Of a stretch of 36,452 nucleotides of DNA, positions 17,480 through 25,942 are shown in pieces. The translations under genes and the position numbers were made by a program. The stretch is from a virus (Duplodnaviria > Heunggongvirae > Uroviricota > Caudoviricetes): the IMG/VR virus record IMGVR_UViG_2711768063_000002. One strand, written 5' to 3'. The first letter of the stretch is position 1. Every line of letters begins with the position of its first letter. The notes beneath the pieces are model-generated. The model had not been told where the DNA came from. It saw only the letters and a program-made list of their open reading frames with translations, and searched no databases.

Positions 17480-17759
17480 TGAGTAACCTCGTGATGGTTT
17501 TCTCGCGCTGTGCTTCACGCTTCGCGGCGTTCTCCAGTTCCTGACGCAGAGCCACCTGCGCCAGCTCGATTTTGTCTGCCCTGGTGAGCGCAACATGAAG
17601 CTGATTTTTCAGCATGGTGATGGTCGTCTGCTGTTCACTGGCGACGTTGTTCGCCCTGTCCAGCGAGGCGCGCAGGCTGGCATTTTTATGTTTCACCAGA
17701 AACAGACCGGCCACCGCCAGTGATAACAACACAACCAGCACAGTCATCAGCTTTGACAT
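17334..17759 (-). CDS. lysB: LysB, Rz-like inner-membrane spanin (141 aa)
   Basis: N-terminal TM helix (LMTVLVVLLSLAVAGLFLV) then coiled-coil region; same length and position as P2 LysB. Confidence 0.85.
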   Translation of the reverse strand: MSKLMTVLVVLLSLAVAGLFLVKHKNASLRASLDRANNVASEQQTTITMLKNQLHVALTRADKIELAQVALRQELENAAKREAQREKTITRLLNENEDFRRWYGADLPDAVRRLHQRPACADASDCRQRLPESEPLPDAGQ

Positions 17760-18172
17760 GGTTCCCGCCCCTCAAAACGCTGACGGCAGGCCGTACGTAT
17801 CAGCCGGAAGAACACCGATACCACGAGATAAATCAGCGCGGTAAAAATCCACCCGGCAGCGACCAGCGAGATAAACGTCGCCACCATCACTACCAGAGCC
17901 GCCGCCCGTCTGCGCCACGGCACCGGCTGCAAAAACAGCGACGTGACAATCTTCACGGCCAGCGATTCCGGCGGCAGCTCCCGCCAGTAGCGTTCCAGTA
18001 CATACTCCGTGGCATACACGCCGACACCACCGGCAACCACACAGACAACCGTCGCCAGAATCGCCCAGGCGGCGACAAAATTGACGGCCACGCTCTGCGG
18101 GTAAATCAGGGACAGTGCCAGCATCAGCGCCAGCGACACGTTCAGCATCAGTGAAAGGGATAATTTCTTCAT
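17747..18172 (-). CDS. lysA: LysA, membrane lysis-timing protein (141 aa)
   Basis: Multi-TM hydrophobic 141-aa ORF between K and lysB, as in P2. Confidence 0.8.
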   Translation of the reverse strand: MKKLSLSLMLNVSLALMLALSLIYPQSVAVNFVAAWAILATVVCVVAGGVGVYATEYVLERYWRELPPESLAVKIVTSLFLQPVPWRRRAAALVVMVATFISLVAAGWIFTALIYLVVSVFFRLIRTACRQRFEGREPCQS

Positions 18173-18186
18173 GGTGTTTACTCCGT

Positions 18187-18684
18187 TTAAGCCGGTACGC
18201 CGCCAGCGGTACGCCAGACGGTGACCAGTTTTTCCAGTGAATGCTCACGCTGACCGTAACCGGCACCCGGCAGGGACGCCCAGATATTGCGACAGCGTGA
18301 AATGGCGCGCTCAATGCGCCCCGCCCGGATGTCATCCAGCGCACCGCGTTCGCGGATCAACTGAATGGCGAGCCTGTCCTGTGACAACGGACTGAAATCC
18401 GGCAGGGCAAGCTGTTTGCGGTAATGCGGCCAGAACAGGTAAAGCTGCTGATAGCGACCGGAGGCCGTGGATTTTTCACCGCGACGGTTAAACACCTTCG
18501 CCGGTCGGCCATGCGCGAACGGGTGGTCACTGTAGTCGGTGAAAATTTCCGGCTTTCCGTCCAGTCCGGTGACTATCACGTCATAGCCCCGGTTTTTCGT
18601 CAGCGGATGGTTCGCCGTCCCTTCGGACACTGCCAGCATGTCGAGAAAGGCCGCGATATTCTGATGCGTGTTAATTACCGGCAT
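18187..18684 (-). CDS. K: Endolysin K (165 aa)
   Basis: 165-aa ORF MPVINTHQNIAAFLDMLAVSEGTANHPLTKNRGYDVIVTG; same length and position as P2 gpK. Confidence 0.9.
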   Translation of the reverse strand: MPVINTHQNIAAFLDMLAVSEGTANHPLTKNRGYDVIVTGLDGKPEIFTDYSDHPFAHGRPAKVFNRRGEKSTASGRYQQLYLFWPHYRKQLALPDFSPLSQDRLAIQLIRERGALDDIRAGRIERAISRCRNIWASLPGAGYGQREHSLEKLVTVWRTAGGVPA

Positions 18685-18965
18685 TACTGTTTCCCCCTGC
18701 CCTTAAAACGGCGCTGAATGGCAATCTCAATCACCTGATAACCGGCGATACCCAGCATGGAACCGATACCGCACACCGCAGGCAGTGACAGGTCAGGAAA
18801 CTGCACCAGAACAACACCGGCAACCATCGAGACAAAACCACCGAGCAACATGCGCCCGATAAACAGACGCGGGGTGATGGGTTCACCACCGGCAAGCACC
18901 TTGCCGACAACAATCAGCACCCCAATCATGAAAAGCGACAGGACGCTTTTTTCTTCTGCTGTCAT
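18684..18965 (-). CDS. Y: Holin Y (93 aa)
   Basis: 93-aa ORF with hydrophobic helices upstream of K; same length and position as P2 gpY. Confidence 0.85.
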   Translation of the reverse strand: MTAEEKSVLSLFMIGVLIVVGKVLAGGEPITPRLFIGRMLLGGFVSMVAGVVLVQFPDLSLPAVCGIGSMLGIAGYQVIEIAIQRRFKGRGKQ

Positions 18966-18968
18966 GCG

Positions 18969-19172
18969 TTACTCCCACAGATTGACAGTTTCAGCCACGG
19001 GCGCGGTCTGAACGTCGGGCAGTTCGACGGCGGTGCCGTGTGGCAGCACCGCACCCAGTTCAGCCAGTCCCGAATTTGCGGCGAGCACGGCTTCGACCAC
19101 GCCCTCAGTGCGCCCGTAATACCGGACACAGATGGCGTCGAGCGTGTCGCCCTGTAGCGCAAAGGTCTTCAT
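18969..19172 (-). CDS. X: Tail protein X (67 aa)
   Basis: Trimmed to ATG at 19170-19172: MKTFALQGDTLDAICVRYYGRTEGVVEAVLAANSGLAELGAVLPHGTAVELPDV; ATGA overlap with the L stop. Confidence 0.85.
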   Translation of the reverse strand: MKTFALQGDTLDAICVRYYGRTEGVVEAVLAANSGLAELGAVLPHGTAVELPDVQTAPVAETVNLWE

Positions 19173-19681
19173 CAGATTTGACTCACGATGCAGCGCGGCT
19201 TGTCCTGGATACGCGCCACCGCCCAGCGCATATCCCGCCACAGCTCATCAATGGTGCTGTCAATGCTGTCGGCCTTCTTGTCGCCTTTCGCACTGGCATC
19301 CACGCCGCGGTAACGCTCATAAAGCGACGCGGTCGCCATTGCACACACGGCGCGCTCGTAGTAAAAAACCTTGATGCTTTCACCGTCGATGTCGTCCGCC
19401 GGGACGTCCGCCAGACGCGTAAAACCGGCGGCAATTTTCTGTTCGCGGTACTCGTACAGCTCCGCATTCGTCTCTGCCATGCCTGACTTGATGGCCTCAC
19501 GCAGACGGGCGGGGGCGACGGTCTGCTCAAGGCGCATACGTTCCCGGACGCGCTTCGGGTCGATATCGGGAAAAAAGAACGTGTTTTTAATCACCGGCTC
19601 GTCGCCTGCCGGTTGCGGGATGACCACCGTACCCTCACCGGACACGGGAGCCTCCTTTCGCGGAATAATCAGCGTCATCAT
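19172..19681 (-). CDS. L: Capsid completion protein L (169 aa)
   Basis: Trimmed to ATG at 19679-19681 (MMTLIIPRKEAPVSGEGT), giving 169 aa as in P2 gpL. Confidence 0.85.
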   Translation of the reverse strand: MMTLIIPRKEAPVSGEGTVVIPQPAGDEPVIKNTFFFPDIDPKRVRERMRLEQTVAPARLREAIKSGMAETNAELYEYREQKIAAGFTRLADVPADDIDGESIKVFYYERAVCAMATASLYERYRGVDASAKGDKKADSIDSTIDELWRDMRWAVARIQDKPRCIVSQI

Positions 19682-19780
19682 GACTACCTCTGAAAAGTCG
19701 GGCGGTGGACGCCGGTGCAGTGTCAGGTGATTCACCCTCACTGACCGGCGTGCCGCCCTGGCGCGGGGCGCATTCGGTTG

Positions 19781-20524
19781 TTAACTGGCTTTCTTTTTCG
19801 GGCGTCCACGTTTTGCCGGTGTCACGCTCCGGGTCTTACGCGGGGCGCGGGTGGCCGCTTTGGGTTGCGGCTCCGGCTTCGGTTTCAGCTCCCGCTCCAG
19901 TCGTTCAATCTCTTTTTTGACGCCTGCCTGACAGTCGAGCTGTGTCGCACGTTGCAGGTGAGCCAGCGCACCGGCGGCATCACCACCGTCACGCAGAAAC
20001 AGACCGGTGATTTTGTGCAGCTTTGCGCGCACTTCATCAGGCATGTCAGCAGCGGCAGTCAGTTCAAGGGTCTCCGTCAGCAGGCGGGTATCCACAGACT
20101 CACCGGCCGCGTGGGCGCGCATGGCCGCGAGCGCCACCTCCTCGGTGAACATGTACGGCGGGGTGCGGCGGTGTTTACCCGGCATGGTCAGACCGTACTT
20201 CAGGGCATAACGGGCAATCTCCAGCGCACCGGCAATATCGCCGGTATCCAGACGCCACAGCATGACCGTCATCAGAATGTCATCCTGTGCACCTTTGCCC
20301 TGCTCCAGCACGCCGTTCACCCACGGCAACCAGAACGGCAGCAGTTCGCGTTTTTTCGCGGCCTTAAGCTCTTTTGAATAAATCGCTTTCAGTGTGCGCT
20401 GGTCTGCGGCCAGCTTGACCAGCATCTGCTCATAGACAGTTGCATGTCGCAGCGGGGCGGCTTCCCGCTGCGCGGTCATCGCTGCCGAGACCCGCATCAT
20501 GTGGCGCTGTGCGGGACTCGTCAT
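19781..20524 (-). CDS. M: Terminase endonuclease (small) subunit M (247 aa)
   Basis: 247-aa ORF at the P2 gpM position with the same length; basic C-terminal tail. Confidence 0.9.
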   Translation of the reverse strand: MTSPAQRHMMRVSAAMTAQREAAPLRHATVYEQMLVKLAADQRTLKAIYSKELKAAKKRELLPFWLPWVNGVLEQGKGAQDDILMTVMLWRLDTGDIAGALEIARYALKYGLTMPGKHRRTPPYMFTEEVALAAMRAHAAGESVDTRLLTETLELTAAADMPDEVRAKLHKITGLFLRDGGDAAGALAHLQRATQLDCQAGVKKEIERLERELKPKPEPQPKAATRAPRKTRSVTPAKRGRPKKKAS

Positions 20525-20527
20525 CGG

Positions 20528-21601
20528 TTACGCTCCCGGCTCTGCGGTCGCCTTAACCGGTGTGGAGAAATCACCGACCTTAATTTTTTCCACCAGACAA
20601 CCGGCGGCGTAGTCTTCCACCACGTAATCAATGTTCATTGACTCGTAGTTCTCCACGCGGTCGAGTTTCGGGTTTTCCACAATCACGCGGCGATGGCTGT
20701 CATCCATGTAGTAGATGGACAGGTTTTCCAGCTTTGTGATGAGCATCGCATCCGCCGGGAAGTACGGGACGCGTACCGCCGGCAGGTTACCGATGCGTTT
20801 CTGGCTGATGATGACGTCAGCGGCCAGCATCTCGCTGTTGTCCTGCTCCTTGTTAACGATGGGGAAATACTTGTCCGCCAGTAGCTGACGCCCCACAATC
20901 ACCACAAGGTCAGGGTCTTCCTGATACCACGGCTCAATCAGGTTGTTGGTCGCATCCATCACCAGTGCATCGAGGCTGGCATAATCACCGCCCTTACCCA
21001 CGCGGATGACTTCAGAGGTGGTGTGACCTTCCTCGTCAGTGACCTTGCTCATCACGCGCGCCGGTGCTTCATTGCGGTATTTCTGCAGCCAGCCGACCGC
21101 CACATCCTGCAGCATCGGATTACTGCTGCGGTCAGAGGTTTCGGCACGCTTCACGCCGTTAAAACCGGCCATGATGAAATCAAGGGACTGGCGTTTGATA
21201 ATGGCGTTACGGATACGGAGCTGGAAATCCTGATAACGCGCCCACAGGTCAAGCGTTTTGTAGCGGATATAAAAATCGAAGTTAATCTGGTCGCATTCGT
21301 ACTTGTTAGACGCCAGCTTCGAGAAGTCCTTCGGCTGACGCTCGGTGCCACCGGCGGTGTCGGTGGTGCTGGCGATGGAGCCGGTGACACCGATGCCAAT
21401 TTTTTCCCCTTTCATTTCGCTGACCGGCACAATATTAATGCGGGTCAGAAAATCAGAGGACTCCTGCATGGTGTTCATCAGGGTCTGGGTGACCGACGGT
21501 TCAACGGTGAATTTTTTCGACACATCACCGGCGTCGATGCCGTTCAGTTCGGCAACACGGGACAGGTAAGCATTAAATTTAAAGCGGGTTTCCTGGCGCA
21601 T
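20528..21601 (-). CDS. N: Major capsid protein N (357 aa)
   Basis: 357-aa ORF MRQETRFKFNAYLSRVAELNGIDAGDVSKKFTVEPSVTQTLMN; same length and position as P2 gpN. Confidence 0.9.
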   Translation of the reverse strand: MRQETRFKFNAYLSRVAELNGIDAGDVSKKFTVEPSVTQTLMNTMQESSDFLTRINIVPVSEMKGEKIGIGVTGSIASTTDTAGGTERQPKDFSKLASNKYECDQINFDFYIRYKTLDLWARYQDFQLRIRNAIIKRQSLDFIMAGFNGVKRAETSDRSSNPMLQDVAVGWLQKYRNEAPARVMSKVTDEEGHTTSEVIRVGKGGDYASLDALVMDATNNLIEPWYQEDPDLVVIVGRQLLADKYFPIVNKEQDNSEMLAADVIISQKRIGNLPAVRVPYFPADAMLITKLENLSIYYMDDSHRRVIVENPKLDRVENYESMNIDYVVEDYAAGCLVEKIKVGDFSTPVKATAEPGA

Positions 21602-21659
21602 AGTTTTTCCTGAAATTAAGGGTTAATCGTGAAGGTTTTCCCGGACTGACTGACGCCGG

Positions 21660-22514
21660 TCAGCAGTTCGTCATCAGGGCGTCACCGCCACCACCGGTGG
21701 CCTTGCTGCGGCGCTGCTGGGTCAGACTTTCGGTGTGGTCGAGACTGTTTTTCAGGCGGGTGAATGCCTGGCTGGTTTCATCCGCCCTGTCAGTCACCTC
21801 CTGCTTAAGTGCGGAAAAGGCGGTTTCCATCTCCGCGAGGCGCTGCTCAGTGGCGCTCAGTTTTTCCTGCACATGTTCAGCAACAGCGGTCACCGCTTCA
21901 TGCACGTCATTCAGACGGGCATCATCGCTGGCCTGTTTGCGGCCAAAAATGGATTTCACCTTTTCGGTCAGGGCGGTGAACACGGTTTCAGGCAGGTCTT
22001 CAAATTCCAGCTCAACAGGCGTTGCCACTGAAATCAGGTTTTCAGGGCTTAATTTGAAGCGGTTCAGGGGGTTGTGTTTTGCCGTGCGGCAGAATTCCAG
22101 GTATTCCGTGCCGAGGCTTGCCGGGTCATCGGTGACGGCCAGCCCCACCAGATAACATTTGCCGGTGTTGGCAAAGTTCGGCTGAATTTCCATTGAGGTG
22201 TAGACCTTCTGCGCGGCCTTGTTCATCGCGATAAGGTCATCGGTCGGGGTGATTTTCGCAAACAGCGCCCATTTGCCTTTCAGCGCCGAATCATCGTCAA
22301 TCTTTTCGGCCTTCAGTTCGACCACATCGCCATAACGCTTAAAAATACCGTCAGGCAGGATGCCGCGCAGATGTTCCAGGTTAATGCGGCAACCATAGAC
22401 TCGCGGGTCAAAGGTTTCGGCCATTTCCTGAATATCCTGCGCACTGATGACACGCCCGTCACAGGTGTCACCCTCAACGCCGATACGAAAGAATTTTGAG
22501 ACTTTTTTTGCCAT
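21660..22514 (-). CDS. O: Capsid scaffolding protein O (284 aa)
   Basis: Trimmed to ATG at 22512-22514 (MAKKVSKFFRIGVEGDTCDGRVISAQDIQEMAETFDP), giving 284 aa as in P2 gpO. Confidence 0.85.
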   Translation of the reverse strand: MAKKVSKFFRIGVEGDTCDGRVISAQDIQEMAETFDPRVYGCRINLEHLRGILPDGIFKRYGDVVELKAEKIDDDSALKGKWALFAKITPTDDLIAMNKAAQKVYTSMEIQPNFANTGKCYLVGLAVTDDPASLGTEYLEFCRTAKHNPLNRFKLSPENLISVATPVELEFEDLPETVFTALTEKVKSIFGRKQASDDARLNDVHEAVTAVAEHVQEKLSATEQRLAEMETAFSALKQEVTDRADETSQAFTRLKNSLDHTESLTQQRRSKATGGGGDALMTNC

Positions 22515-22687
22515 TGTCAGGAGTCCTGAATAGTGATTAGAGGAGTCACATGTCGGCATCAGTTTCCCGACGATACGCATCCTCCGCCATCAGTCCCGGA
22601 TGGCTTATCACTGACACAACAGCACCTTAGCGAATCGCGGGGCGCGACTCAGTAGCCTTGCCGTGTATTCATCACGGCGAGGTATTC
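22515..22687. promoter_or_regulatory. Divergent late promoter region between O and P, expected by synteny with P2
   Basis: Intergenic gap between divergent capsid/terminase genes. I looked for the Ogr-type TGT-N12-ACA dyad and found no perfect match by eye, so exact sites are not called. Confidence 0.3.
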
Positions 22688-24460
22688 ATGACCATCACCA
22701 CAGACACCACTCTTTTACACGACCCGCGTCGTCAGGCGGCGCTGCTGTACTGGCAGGGATTTTCCGTGCCGCAGATTGCCGCCATGTTGCAGATGAAACG
22801 CCCGACGGTGCAGAGCTGGAAACAGCGCGACGGCTGGGACAGCGTTGCCCCCATCAGCCGTGTCGAAATGAGTCTGGAAGCGCGACTGACCCAGCTCATC
22901 ATCAAACCGCAGAAAACCGGCGGTGACTTCAAGGAAATTGACCTGCTCGGACGCCAGATTGAACGACTGGCACGGGTCAACCGTTACAGTCAGACCGGCA
23001 ACGAGGCAGACCTTAATCCGAACGTTGCTAACCGCAACAAAGGCGGGCGGCGCAAACCGAAAAAGAATTTTTTCAGTGACGAGGCCATCGAAAAGCTGGA
23101 GCAGATTTTCTTTGAGCAGTCTTTCGACTATCAGTTGCACTGGTATCGCGCCGGGCTTGAGCACCGCATCCGCGATATCCTGAAATCCCGCCAGATTGGC
23201 GCAACGTTTTATTTTTCCCGCGAGGCGCTGCTGCGCGCCCTGAAAACCGGTCATAACCAGATTTTTCTGTCAGCCAGTAAAACGCAGGCGTATGTGTTCC
23301 GCGAATACATCATCGCCTTTGCCCGGCTGGTTGACGTTGACCTGACCGGTGACCCGATTGTCCTGGGCAATAACGGCGCAAAACTGATTTTTCTCGGCAC
23401 CAACTCCAACACCGCACAGAGCCATAACGGCGACCTGTACGTCGACGAGATTTTCTGGATCCCGAATTTTCAGGTACTGCGTAAGGTGGCATCAGGTATG
23501 GCCTCACAGAGTCACCTGCGTTCGACCTATTTCTCCACCCCGTCCACGCTGGCGCACGACGCCTACCCGTTCTGGTCGGGTGAACTGTTTAACCGGGGAC
23601 GCGCCAGCGCCGCCGAACGCGTGGAAATCGACGTCAGTCATAACGCCCTTGCCGGAGGTCTTCTCTGTGCGGACGGCCAGTGGCGGCAGATTGTCACCAT
23701 TGAGGACGCCCTGAAAGGCGGCTGCACGCTGTTCGACATTGAGCAGCTCAAACGCGAAAACAGCGCCGACGATTTTAAAAACCTGTTCATGTGTGAATTT
23801 GTTGACGACAAGGCGTCGGTGTTCCCGTTCGAGGAGCTGCAACGCTGCATGGTCGACACACTGGAAGAATGGGAAGACTATGCGCCGTTTGCCGCGAATC
23901 CGTTCGGCTCCCGCCCGGTATGGATTGGTTACGACCCGTCACACCGTGGCGACAGTGCCGGATGCGTGGTGCTGGCACCGCCGGTGGTGGCCGGTGGCAA
24001 ATTCAGAATACTTGAGCGTCACCAGTGGAAAGGCATGGACTTTGCCACCCAGGCAGAATCCATCCGCAAACTCACCGAAAAATATAACGTTGAATACATC
24101 GGGATTGATGCCACCGGCCTCGGTGTCGGTGTGTTCCAGCTCGTGCGCTCGTTTTATCCCGCCGCGCGCGATATCCGCTACACGCCGGAAATGAAAACCG
24201 CAATGGTGCTCAAGGCAAAAGACGTTATCCGTCGTGGCTGTCTGGAATATGACGTCAGCGCCACCGACATCACCAGCTCGTTTATGGCTATCCGCAAGAC
24301 CATGACCAGCAGCGGACGCAGCGCCACCTATGAGGCCAGCCGCAGCGAGGAAGCCAGCCACGCCGACCTCGCCTGGGCGACCATGCACGCCCTGTTAAAT
24401 GAGCCACTCACCGCCGGTATCAGCACTCCGCTGACATCCACCATTCTGGAGTTTTACTGA
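22688..24460 (+). CDS. P: Terminase ATPase (large) subunit P (590 aa)
   Basis: Trimmed to ATG at 22688 (MTITTDTTLLHDPRRQAALLYWQGFSVPQIAAMLQMKRPTVQSWKQRDGWDS), giving 590 aa as in P2 gpP. Confidence 0.9.
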   Translation: MTITTDTTLLHDPRRQAALLYWQGFSVPQIAAMLQMKRPTVQSWKQRDGWDSVAPISRVEMSLEARLTQLIIKPQKTGGDFKEIDLLGRQIERLARVNRYSQTGNEADLNPNVANRNKGGRRKPKKNFFSDEAIEKLEQIFFEQSFDYQLHWYRAGLEHRIRDILKSRQIGATFYFSREALLRALKTGHNQIFLSASKTQAYVFREYIIAFARLVDVDLTGDPIVLGNNGAKLIFLGTNSNTAQSHNGDLYVDEIFWIPNFQVLRKVASGMASQSHLRSTYFSTPSTLAHDAYPFWSGELFNRGRASAAERVEIDVSHNALAGGLLCADGQWRQIVTIEDALKGGCTLFDIEQLKRENSADDFKNLFMCEFVDDKASVFPFEELQRCMVDTLEEWEDYAPFAANPFGSRPVWIGYDPSHRGDSAGCVVLAPPVVAGGKFRILERHQWKGMDFATQAESIRKLTEKYNVEYIGIDATGLGVGVFQLVRSFYPAARDIRYTPEMKTAMVLKAKDVIRRGCLEYDVSATDITSSFMAIRKTMTSSGRSATYEASRSEEASHADLAWATMHALLNEPLTAGISTPLTSTILEFY

Positions 24461-25494
24461 TGAGCAAGAAAAAAGGGAAAACACCGCGACCAGCGGCAAA
24501 AACAATGACCGCCAGCGCCCCGAAAATGGAGGCATTCACCTTTGGCGAGCCGGTGCCGGTACTCGACCGCCGTGACATTCTGGATTACGTCGAGTGCATC
24601 AGTAACGGCAGATGGTATGAGCCACCAGTCAGCTTTACCGGGCTGGCAAAAAGCCTTCGTGCTGCCGTGCATCACAGCTCCCCGATTTACGTCAAACGTA
24701 ATATTCTGGCCTCAACGTTTATCCCGCACCCGTGGCTTTCGCAACAGGATTTCAGCCGCTTTGTGCTGGATTTTCTGGTGTTCGGTAATGCGTTTCTGGA
24801 AAAGCGATACAGCACCACCGGTAAGGTCATCAGACTGGAAACCTCACCGGCAAAATATACCCGCCGTGGTGTGGAGGAGGATGTTTACTGGTGGGTGCCG
24901 TCCTTCAACGAGCCGACAGCCTTCACGCCCGGCTCCGTGTTTCACCTGCTGGAGCCCGATATTAATCAGGAGCTGTACGGCCTGCCGGAATATCTCAGCG
25001 CCCTTAACTCTGCCTGGCTGAATGAGTCGGCCACGCTGTTCCGCCGCAAGTATTACGAAAACGGCGCACATGCCGGATACATCATGTACGTCACCGATGC
25101 CGTGCAGGATCGCAACGATATCGAAATGCTTCGCGAAAACATGGTGAAGTCGAAAGGCCGCAATAACTTTAAAAATCTGTTTCTCTATGCCCCACAGGGG
25201 AAAGCCGACGGCATTAAAATTATCCCGCTCAGTGAAGTGGCGACGAAGGACGATTTTTTTAATATCAAAAAAGCCAGCGCCGCTGACCTGCTGGACGCGC
25301 ACCGCATCCCCTTTCAGTTGATGGGCGGCAAGCCGGAGAACGTCGGGTCGCTGGGTGATATTGAGAAAGTGGCAAAGGTCTTTGTCCGCAATGAGCTTAT
25401 CCCGTTACAGGACAGGATCCGCGAGATAAACGGCTGGCTCGGTCAGGAGGTCATCCGCTTTAAAAACTACTCACTGGACACTGACAACGGCTGA
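24460..25494 (+). CDS. Q: Portal protein Q (344 aa)
   Basis: 344-aa ORF MSKKKGKTPRPAAKTMTASAPKMEAFTFGEPVPVLDRRDILDYVECI; start overlaps the P stop (TGATG); same length as P2 gpQ. Confidence 0.9.
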   Translation: MSKKKGKTPRPAAKTMTASAPKMEAFTFGEPVPVLDRRDILDYVECISNGRWYEPPVSFTGLAKSLRAAVHHSSPIYVKRNILASTFIPHPWLSQQDFSRFVLDFLVFGNAFLEKRYSTTGKVIRLETSPAKYTRRGVEEDVYWWVPSFNEPTAFTPGSVFHLLEPDINQELYGLPEYLSALNSAWLNESATLFRRKYYENGAHAGYIMYVTDAVQDRNDIEMLRENMVKSKGRNNFKNLFLYAPQGKADGIKIIPLSEVATKDDFFNIKKASAADLLDAHRIPFQLMGGKPENVGSLGDIEKVAKVFVRNELIPLQDRIREINGWLGQEVIRFKNYSLDTDNG

Positions 25495-25499
25495 ACATC

Positions 25500-25521
25500 G
25501 CCGCCTGCGGGCGGCTTTTTT
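25500..25521 (+). terminator. Intrinsic terminator after Q
   Basis: GCCGCC-TGCG-GGCGGC hairpin followed by TTTTTT, 6 nt after the Q stop. Confidence 0.7.
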
Positions 25522-25655
25522 ACACCCCGTCAGCACGCCCTCACACGCTCACCTCCGCGCAAAACAGCCCGCAGACACACCAACGCCTCAACGGGCAGAC
25601 TAAGCGCCGTCACGACGCGCTGAAAAAATAAAATCAGCACCACCGCCAGCGCGCA

Positions 25656-25674
25656 GTGCTTTCCCCGCCTCGCC
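25656..25674. other. cos site (19-nt cohesive-end sequence, present here as GTGCTTTCCCCGCCTCGCC)
   Basis: Reverse complement GGCGAGGCGGGGAAAGCAC matches the P2 cohesive end as I recall it; located just beyond Q, as in P2. Confidence 0.6.
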
Positions 25675-25770
25675 CGCCCGCTTCATGGGTCGGTTTTGAT
25701 GCAAATGTATAAGCCAGGCGAAAGCACGTCAGTTTTGAGCTCATTTGTATGAAAGGCCAAATAATAGCAA

Positions 25771-25800
25771 ATGCAATTTGATGCAATTTGATGCAATAAT
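25771..25800. repeat. Three tandem 10-bp repeats (ATGCAATTTG, ATGCAATTTG, ATGCAATAAT) upstream of the FRG-domain gene
   Basis: Two perfect and one imperfect direct repeat on a one-helical-turn register, about 140 bp upstream of the 25943 start. Confidence 0.5.
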
Positions 25801-25942
25801 GTACGCAAAACTACCTTCCCACAGAGTCAAACATAGACTGACAGTTTTCTCTGGTAGTGCTGAATCAGATCTGGCAATCTACATCGCCCTTACGACAACA
25901 TTAAGACAATCAATGTCATTTCTTAAGTAAAAAGGAGTTAGA

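Noticed and set aside
25745-25930. 61-aa ORF between cos and the FRG gene
   Set aside because: TTG start with no SD; it spans the tandem-repeat and promoter region and ends 12 nt before the strongly supported FRG gene start, so it is more likely non-coding regulatory DNA.
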